Assembly (NCBI GenBank): GCA_033764315.1
Contig: JANRJA010000212.1
Span: forward strand, 14,829-78,828
Source: Oculatellaceae cyanobacterium bins.114
Lineage (GTDB): Bacteria; Cyanobacteriota; Cyanobacteriia; Elainellales; Elainellaceae
Length of the DNA: 64,000 nucleotides
Reading direction: 5' to 3'
In this document: positions 57,550 to 64,000 of the stretch, one piece after another
How the letters are laid out: every line of letters begins with the position of its first letter
Numbering within the stretch: position 1 is the first letter of the stretch
The notes under the pieces: generated by a model
What the model saw: only the letters and a program-made list of their open reading frames with translations
Database searches by the model: none
Told to the model about the DNA's origin: nothing
Program-made: the position numbers and the translations under genes

Positions 57550-58144
57550 TGTGAGGGTGGGTCGATTGCTCAGCTAACTTTGCCTGAATGGCTCCTGCAA
57601 CTGCATATAGCACTTTTGATGCAACCGAGTTAGACGATTCATCCGCTTCGACTCTGACTCTCACGTCAGCGGTCGCATATAACGGTTGACGCTGTTCTAG
57701 GATTTGGTGCAATTTTTGTTGGGGGTCAGGGTCATTTAACAACGGACGATTGCTACTGCCCTTGAGCCGCTTTAAAAGTTGGTCAACAGGGACATCGAGC
57801 CAGACCACAATGCCATGATGCAAATAGCTCCAATTTTGGCGTTGTAAGACAATGCCGCCACCAGTAGCGATCGCCGTTCGAGTTTCAGCCGCGACTCGTC
57901 CTAATACCTGGGTTTCTATCTCTCGAAAGGTTGCCTCTCCGGAGTCAGCAAAAATCTGAGAAATCGATTTTTGAGTCAATTGCTCAATCACTGTGTCGGT
58001 ATCTAGAAACTTATATTTCAACTGCATCGCTAGCAGGCGACCCACCGTTGATTTTCCAGACCCCATCATACCGATGAGATAAAGATTGCTGCCTTTTAGC
58101 AGACGATTGACGGCAGCACCGTCAAGAGGTTGGTTATCTAACAT
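57545..58144 (-). CDS. aroK: Shikimate kinase
   Basis: LIGMMGSGKST, DTD, GEATFR..E, ATGGG, RPLL, R.PLY. Confidence 0.95.
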   Translation of the reverse strand: MLDNQPLDGAAVNRLLKGSNLYLIGMMGSGKSTVGRLLAMQLKYKFLDTDTVIEQLTQKSISQIFADSGEATFREIETQVLGRVAAETRTAIATGGGIVLQRQNWSYLHHGIVVWLDVPVDQLLKRLKGSSNRPLLNDPDPQQKLHQILEQRQPLYATADVRVRVEADESSNSVASKVLYAVAGAIQAKLAEQSTHPHN

Positions 58145-58383
58145 TCTTTGATCCCAAATTCATATTTGATCTCAAATCCATTCATGGCAGCATTACGTTG
58201 CTTAGAGAGTGTCTTAACAGACTAGATTTAGGAGTCGCCAACTTTAGCGTGAGCCTCAACAAACGCTACAAGGGCAAAACCTGCTCCCGCAGGTTACAGA
58301 AAGCCTGGGTTGGCTTGAGTTTGCAACAGCAGATCTGATTTTTGTAGTCGTGCGCCAAAAACGTCTCAGACCTCCTCTTAGAG

Positions 58384-59382
58384 TTACCAATCATCGGCGG
58401 AAGGTGTTCTCCCTCTGGGATCATCTCCTCTGCGATCGCTTGGCTCATCTTCATCTTCATCTAACCAATCGTCTGTATCAACGGGTGCTCGATCAGAGTC
58501 TAAATCACTTTCTAGATCATCCTCTAAGTCAGGCTCTAGGTCAGGCTCAGAGTCGGTTGATTCTGCCGCATAGGGGGGGGTAATGACTCGAAACTCGGCA
58601 TCGTACACATCTTCTGTTTGGCTAACCCCAGACGCCTCTCGATCTTCGGTGCTGCGATAGCTATAGGAATAGATTGTTCCCGATTGATAACGAGCCACAG
58701 GCTCTTGTTGGACTTCAAAATCGGTGCGACGAGGAGGATAGTCTTCTGGATCAACGCGATCGCTATAGCGGGGGTCACCCTCTAGCTCATCCTCTGCTTC
58801 ACTCTCGTCCCAGTCATCCCAGACTTCTTGATCTTGAACCGTTGGGGCAAAATCATTAGGTTGAGGATACCGCGATGGCTCTTGCGCATATTGATCGACC
58901 GGAGTGGAACGGTCTTCAGGTTGGGTATAGCGGTCTGCGCTATAACTGGCTTGGGCTTTAGATGGCGATCGCACAGGTTCTTCATAGCCATCCCAATCTT
59001 CCCATTCTTCTAGCGGAGGACGAGGCTCCCAATCGTCTCCGGTTGTGGTTTGAGAATTGCTGCGAGGAGGTTTTGGAGTGTCAGATTTAGGATTAGCCCA
59101 GGTAGAGTTCCAGGCCGTTGAGGTGTTGGCAGACACCCGATTGGGCGATCGCTTTCCAGGACGTCGTGCCCGAGGACTCGCAAACGCATTTGAGGCCGAA
59201 AACAGCCCTGAGATCAACAGCGTAGTTAAGGCACCTGAAACGATCGCCCCTAATAGCCAAACGGCTAAAGGCAAAGGCTGTGAGGGCACTCCTAAAACCA
59301 CCAAGGATATTGGGGTCAGGTTTTGCAGCGCAAAGAGCACTAACCCCCCTGCGATCGCCAACACCAGTGCAAGTCTCACCAT
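58384..59382 (-). CDS. LapA-like membrane protein with long acidic disordered tail
   Basis: Two TM helices with FALQN..P..L..LG....LP motif; D/E/W-rich C-terminus with YSYSYR and VYDAEFRVI motifs. Confidence 0.75.
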   Translation of the reverse strand: MVRLALVLAIAGGLVLFALQNLTPISLVVLGVPSQPLPLAVWLLGAIVSGALTTLLISGLFSASNAFASPRARRPGKRSPNRVSANTSTAWNSTWANPKSDTPKPPRSNSQTTTGDDWEPRPPLEEWEDWDGYEEPVRSPSKAQASYSADRYTQPEDRSTPVDQYAQEPSRYPQPNDFAPTVQDQEVWDDWDESEAEDELEGDPRYSDRVDPEDYPPRRTDFEVQQEPVARYQSGTIYSYSYRSTEDREASGVSQTEDVYDAEFRVITPPYAAESTDSEPDLEPDLEDDLESDLDSDRAPVDTDDWLDEDEDEPSDRRGDDPRGRTPSADDW

Positions 59383-59419
59383 TGCTTCAACATCCTTTTG
59401 CTCCTTTAGGCCGTTATCC

Positions 59420-60067
59420 TTACCCCATTTCTACCTTACTGTCTCGTCCCTCCCATCGGTTTAATGGCACACAATCAATCTCTAATTGATCGAGGGCACG
59501 AGCAACTACAAAGTCTACTAAATCTTCAATGGTTTGAGGCTGGTGATACCACGCTGGAATCGCTGGAACAATTCTCGCGCCTGCCTCTGCCAGAGCTGTC
59601 AGATTCCGCAGATGAATCAGACTAAAGGGCGTCTCACGCGGCACTAAAACTAACTTGCGACCTTCCTTAAGTTGCACATCTGCTGCCCGCTCTAACAAAT
59701 CAGAACTCAAGCCGTTTGCCAATTTAGCCACTGTGCTCATGCTACAAGGCATAACAACCATGCCAGCAGTGCGAAAAGAGCCACTGGCGATCGATGCTCC
59801 AACATCTCCCCAGGGATGGCACTGGAGCTTACCACCCGTTTCAACACCAGCCTGTTGCCGCCAAAACTGTTCCTGCTGCAAGGGTTCCACAGGCATCCGC
59901 ACGGTTGATTCTGCCTGCCACACCATGTAGGTCGATTTAGAGGCAACCAGTTCAACGACGTATTCTGCCTCCAGCAGAAACTTCAACGCCCGCACAGCAT
60001 AAATTAACCCTGATGCACCAGTCACACCCAAAATCAGAGGTCGGGCTATAGGAGAAGTTGCAGACAC
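59420..60067 (-). CDS. ubiX: Flavin prenyltransferase
   Basis: LGVTGASG, IASGS, PCSM.T, RAADV.LKE.R.LVLVPRETP, PAWY. Confidence 0.96.
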   Translation of the reverse strand: MSATSPIARPLILGVTGASGLIYAVRALKFLLEAEYVVELVASKSTYMVWQAESTVRMPVEPLQQEQFWRQQAGVETGGKLQCHPWGDVGASIASGSFRTAGMVVMPCSMSTVAKLANGLSSDLLERAADVQLKEGRKLVLVPRETPFSLIHLRNLTALAEAGARIVPAIPAWYHQPQTIEDLVDFVVARALDQLEIDCVPLNRWEGRDSKVEMG

Positions 60068-60097
60068 AGCACACCATTAACGACTACTTATTTATTG

Positions 60098-62524
60098 TCA
60101 CTCTTCTCCATCGTCATGGAGGTCTTCATCGTAGTCATGGGCACTATGACCCAACAGAGGCACTACTTCGTTGCCTAAAGGAGCTTCATCGACCTCGTCT
60201 TCATCCAGGGCTTCACTACCGCCACCAACCGCTACCAGGTCGATTTGCTGACGATAGTAGTCAACACTCTTGACTTGCACCTCAACGCGATCGCCCAGAC
60301 GATATTGTTTGCGGTTTTTGCGACCTACGAGTTTTTGTTGACGAGAGCGATATTCATACCAGTCATCCTTCAAGGAACTGACATGCACCAACCCTTCTAC
60401 CAATAACTCCTCAATTTCTACAAAGAAACCGTAAGACTGCACCCCCGTAATCAAGCCGTGGAAAACCTCGCCTGTATGCTGTTGCATAAACTCAGCTTTC
60501 TTGAGTCCTTCCAAGTCAGTTTCTGCCTCTTGTGCCAACCGCTCTTGCTCAGTGAGATGAATCGCAACCGATCCCAGGTTCTCTTCTAGCTCGCTGTGAA
60601 TTTCAGGAGGCAACACGCCCCAGTTAATCTGATCATGACAGGTGCTACTGTTTAACTCGACTCGATCTTTAGACCGGGTAGAGCGGCGATCGCGCCCATA
60701 CTCAAACACCGCATGCAACACCCGATGCACGAACAGATCAGGATAGCGACGCAAAGGATAGGTGAAGTGGGTATAGCCCTCCTCTAATGCCAACCCAAAA
60801 TGGCTGCCAGGAGTGGTGCTATAGATCGCTGGCTTGAGGGTTGATAGCAACAGATAGGTCAAAACCTTTTCTGCTTTTGACTCCGCAAAAGCTTGCGTCA
60901 GACGTTGATAATCACGGGAGTGCACCGCATCTTCTTGCTCTAGATGAGAGTCGATCCCCATATTGCTGACCAGTTTTAGCAACTCTTGCACGTCTGCCGG
61001 ATCAGGAGTTCGGTGCACTCGATAGATCACTGGCACTTGCAATGCCTTGAGATGAGACGCAATCAATTGGTTGGTCAACAACATCAGCTCAGTGACAACC
61101 GAGCGAGCAGGCAGCAGAGCAGAGACCACCATCGCCCCTAATGCGCCCTCATCGTCATAGTCAAACTTAGTCGAGAGAAACTTAGCCAGTTCTGGAGTGG
61201 TTTCATCGGGTGGAAACACTCGCTCTGGCAAATTCAGGTCAAATGCTCCCCGGCTCTGCCGTTGAGTCCGAATTGCCTGACTCAAAGCAAATACCTGATC
61301 GACCATCTCAAAGATGGGGCTATAGGGTTCTAACTCCTCAAGCGTGGGTAATGGATAAGCAGAGGCGGCTGCCGCATCAGGCTCATGCCGTTGCAAAATG
61401 CCCTGGGCTTGTTGATAGTTCAACTGATAATCGACCTGAATCACCGCCGGATGAATCTCAAATTCGACCACCTGACCGCTTGCATCTAAAATGATCAACA
61501 GTGAAATGACCAGGCGATCGTGCTCTGGAATGAGGGCACAGCACTTGAAGACCTGCTCTGGCAGAATTGGCAACACCACATCACCCAGGTGAATCGAGGT
61601 TCCCCGTTTTTGGGCTTCTAAATCCAGCGGTGACCGATGGGGAATGTAGTAGGAGACATCTGACACGTGAATGCCTAACCGCCAGTGGTCATCCTCTAAT
61701 TCCTCAAGGGTGATGGCATCATCAATCGCAGAGCTAGCTAATGTCGCGGGGCTATCAATCGTGATTGTGAGTAAATCTCGTAAATCAAGTCGCTTTTTGA
61801 GATCGGCTTTGCGAACTTTATTAGGAAGAGATTTAGCTGCCTCCAGCACAGCCTCTGAGAACTGACGCGGCAAGTCATGTTTACAACAGACAATGTCAAT
61901 ATCAGAAGCGGTTTGGGCATCGCTCCCCAAAATTTGCACAACCCGACCTAATGGCGGACTTTGTCCCAGTGGATAACGGGTAATCTCAACATGAACCAGT
62001 TTGTCTAAGGTCTCGTCTAACCCCTGTCCGTTTGCCTGTAACTCTAATTCAAATAACAGGCGATCATCCAGAGGCACTGCTCGATAACTGCTGTCGGCTT
62101 GCTTGACCCGTGCTAAAACCGATGAGTTAGCTCGTTCTAGAATTAGCCGGACTTCACCCTCTGGGCTGCGACGACGGCTCCCCTCTTTAGTGACTTTGAC
62201 TAAAACGCGATCGCCATTCCACGCTGTACTCAAATGACTCTCTCGAATGTAGATATCCTCTGAGCCTTCAACATCTTGAATAGCGAAACAAAATCCTTTA
62301 CTAGAACAGCGGAGTTTACCCTCCACCACATCTTCTTCAAACATCCGGCGATATTTGCCTCGCTCTTTGACTAAGATGCCAATTTTTTCTAGTGCATCTA
62401 GAGCGATTTGGAGTTTACGGAGACTATCCTCATCTTCACAGTTGAGTTTTTTCTCCAATGCTTTGGGGGCAACTAACTTATCATCTGGAAAGTTAGCCAG
62501 CAGCGTTGCGATCGAGAATTCCAT
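60098..62524 (-). CDS. rnr: Ribonuclease R / RNB family exoribonuclease
   Basis: Cold-shock domain (SSKGFCFA), RNB (DLR..TITID...IDDA, RGTSI, HFGLA..YTHFT.P.RRYPD), C-terminal S1 (EGLVHVS). Confidence 0.9.
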   Translation of the reverse strand: MEFSIATLLANFPDDKLVAPKALEKKLNCEDEDSLRKLQIALDALEKIGILVKERGKYRRMFEEDVVEGKLRCSSKGFCFAIQDVEGSEDIYIRESHLSTAWNGDRVLVKVTKEGSRRRSPEGEVRLILERANSSVLARVKQADSSYRAVPLDDRLLFELELQANGQGLDETLDKLVHVEITRYPLGQSPPLGRVVQILGSDAQTASDIDIVCCKHDLPRQFSEAVLEAAKSLPNKVRKADLKKRLDLRDLLTITIDSPATLASSAIDDAITLEELEDDHWRLGIHVSDVSYYIPHRSPLDLEAQKRGTSIHLGDVVLPILPEQVFKCCALIPEHDRLVISLLIILDASGQVVEFEIHPAVIQVDYQLNYQQAQGILQRHEPDAAAASAYPLPTLEELEPYSPIFEMVDQVFALSQAIRTQRQSRGAFDLNLPERVFPPDETTPELAKFLSTKFDYDDEGALGAMVVSALLPARSVVTELMLLTNQLIASHLKALQVPVIYRVHRTPDPADVQELLKLVSNMGIDSHLEQEDAVHSRDYQRLTQAFAESKAEKVLTYLLLSTLKPAIYSTTPGSHFGLALEEGYTHFTYPLRRYPDLFVHRVLHAVFEYGRDRRSTRSKDRVELNSSTCHDQINWGVLPPEIHSELEENLGSVAIHLTEQERLAQEAETDLEGLKKAEFMQQHTGEVFHGLITGVQSYGFFVEIEELLVEGLVHVSSLKDDWYEYRSRQQKLVGRKNRKQYRLGDRVEVQVKSVDYYRQQIDLVAVGGGSEALDEDEVDEAPLGNEVVPLLGHSAHDYDEDLHDDGEE

Positions 62525-63029
62525 GTAGCGATTGGTCCTTCTTAAATGGGTTTGGCTCCCTGACTCCTATCCATCACCTGCGCTCTTAACCCGTTTCAGC
62601 AAACTCAGCAGGTCTACATCTGAGGGCCACTTTAACCAAACTATTGAAACCAAAACACATACATATTTCGTTTCAATTTTGTCTCATCTTGCGATTTTCC
62701 CTACTGAACGGTGATGGCAAGATGGGGTTCAATCAGAAGCCACTCATAAGTATTTAATTTTTCCTTAATCAGTAACCTTCTGAATATTCCATCTCCACAC
62801 CTTTAAGAGAGGAGTAGGTATATTTGCTACTGACCGAGGAAACTGTTAGGAGTCAGCGGTCATCAACACTGAATGAGATCACCGATGTTCGTGCAGAAAT
62901 CTCAGCTATTTTTGCACGTTTTCCATTGTATTTATACTTTCGTATTCGGTGCAAAACTGTCAAATTTTGCAGAACTTTTTTAGGTTTGCTGCCGCCGCTA
63001 GATCAAAGATGGGGCTGACAATGAACTGT

Positions 63030-63052
63030 TTTGTGATTAATTTGTGATTAAG
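63030..63052 (-). promoter_or_regulatory. 11-bp direct repeat resembling a two-unit cyanobacterial Pho box
   Basis: Minus strand CTTAATCA-caa-ATTAATCA-caa. Confidence 0.35.
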
Positions 63053-63124
63053 GGAACCAAAATTGCATCTTTTAACCCCCTATCCAATACAACAGTAACC
63101 GCGATCGCTTGTCTAGTCCTCACT

Positions 63125-63199
63125 TAATTACCTGGTCACTGATTGCCCGGTCACTGCTTGTCCGGTCACTGATTACCTGGTCACGGGTTGCTCGATTAC
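63125..63199. repeat. 15-bp tandem repeat, about 5 copies
   Basis: TAATTACCTGGTCAC TGATTGCCCGGTCAC TGCTTGTCCGGTCAC TGATTACCTGGTCAC GGGTTGCTCGATTAC. Confidence 0.85.
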
Positions 63200-63205
63200 T
63201 TAACC

Positions 63206-63316
63206 ACCCTATGTGCGACTATTCCAGATCCCCGATTTCTAGGAATGTAACGAGGCACCTTTCAGTCAGTGCCAACGAGAAACTGGGGATCTAAACCCCT
63301 AAATTGCACATCGCGT
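63206..63316. mobile_element. Miniature element with AGATCCCCG...GGGGATCT core
   Basis: Imperfect terminal repeat ATGTGC/GCACAT and inner stem; related to 41781-41869. Confidence 0.6.
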
Positions 63317-63338
63317 GATTTTATTTAATTCTCATTCC

Positions 63339-63992
63339 TTAGCGTTGCCCAGTCACAATATAGGCGACTCGCTTGCCAATGTTAGTAGCATGGTCTGCCA
63401 TGCGTTCCAAGTAGCGAATGACTAAGACGAGCAAGATGATCGGTTCAATTGTTCCCTGGATGTTGGTTTGACGGGCTAACAGGTTGTACAACGTTTCATA
63501 ATCAGAATCAACAGCATCATCTTTAACCTTAATATCTAATCCTGACTCGGCATCTAAATCAGAAAGGGCAGCTAAACTCATCGCCAGCATAGCTCTGCAT
63601 CGATCAAGCATGGTTTGAATTGCAGTCATCGATGAATGGGTTGGATAAGGGAATAGTTTGATCGCAATTTCCCCTAGGTCGTCAGCATAGTCGCCAATCC
63701 GTTCTAGATCACGCACCAACTGCATCAAAGCACTGAGTAACCGCAGATCTTGAGTCACCGGAGATTGCAACGCCATTAAATTGACACAATCTAATTCGAT
63801 CTGCCGATAAAACTGGTCTATCTGCTTATCCTGCAAGGCAATTTGCTTGGCGGCTTCTAAGTCTCGTTCAAACAACGCTTTACGCGCCAACCAGCAAGAA
63901 TTTTCAACGAGAGCACCCATCCGCAGCACATCCCGTTGAACTCGCCTTAACTGCCGCTCAAATTGAATTCGAGTTGGTCTAGAGTCTTCCAA
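63339..63992 (-). CDS. phoU: Phosphate signalling protein PhoU (SphU)
   Basis: Two PhoU repeats (D..ID, DLERIGD; DD.VD, YLERMADHATNI); start near the window edge is uncertain. Confidence 0.95.
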   Translation of the reverse strand: MEDSRPTRIQFERQLRRVQRDVLRMGALVENSCWLARKALFERDLEAAKQIALQDKQIDQFYRQIELDCVNLMALQSPVTQDLRLLSALMQLVRDLERIGDYADDLGEIAIKLFPYPTHSSMTAIQTMLDRCRAMLAMSLAALSDLDAESGLDIKVKDDAVDSDYETLYNLLARQTNIQGTIEPIILLVLVIRYLERMADHATNIGKRVAYIVTGQR

Positions 63993-64000
63993 TGCAATGC

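Noticed and set aside
3604..61941. Many short ORFs antisense or out of frame within long genes
   Set aside because: Shadow ORFs with no recognisable motifs.
1..64000. High HIP1 (GCGATCGC) density
   Set aside because: A well-known cyanobacterial genome trait; only specific placements are reported.

Overview
Chromosomal window from a cyanobacterium, shown by the very frequent HIP1 octamer GCGATCGC, nblR, ycf54 and a cyanobacterial tmRNA tag. It is mostly housekeeping and cell-envelope genes: ssrA, mrdA, scpB, an HtrA protease, nblR, alaS, tricorn protease, pbpC, pdxJ, a Wzc-like kinase, treZ, nadA, argB, aroK, ubiX, rnr and phoU. No CRISPR array, tRNA, rRNA, integrase or transposase is visible. 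Three things stand out. (1) An AT-richer accessory strip at about 33.7-37.7 kb carries a NERD nuclease, an ABC-ATPase + TOPRIM-like pair (candidate anti-phage system), a vapBC-type module whose toxin start codon appears overwritten by a HIP1 site, and DUF29. (2) The intergenic DNA is dense with about 65-145 bp miniature elements whose bipartite termini and palindromic cores occur in mix-and-match combinations; one supplies the stop codons of two convergent genes. (3) Several proteins have altered catalytic motifs or unusual architecture: a degenerate M23 domain, a truncated caspase, an unnamed papain-like protein and a Wzc with an extra C-terminal TM helix. All calls come from reading the sequence and motifs by eye; no database searches were run.
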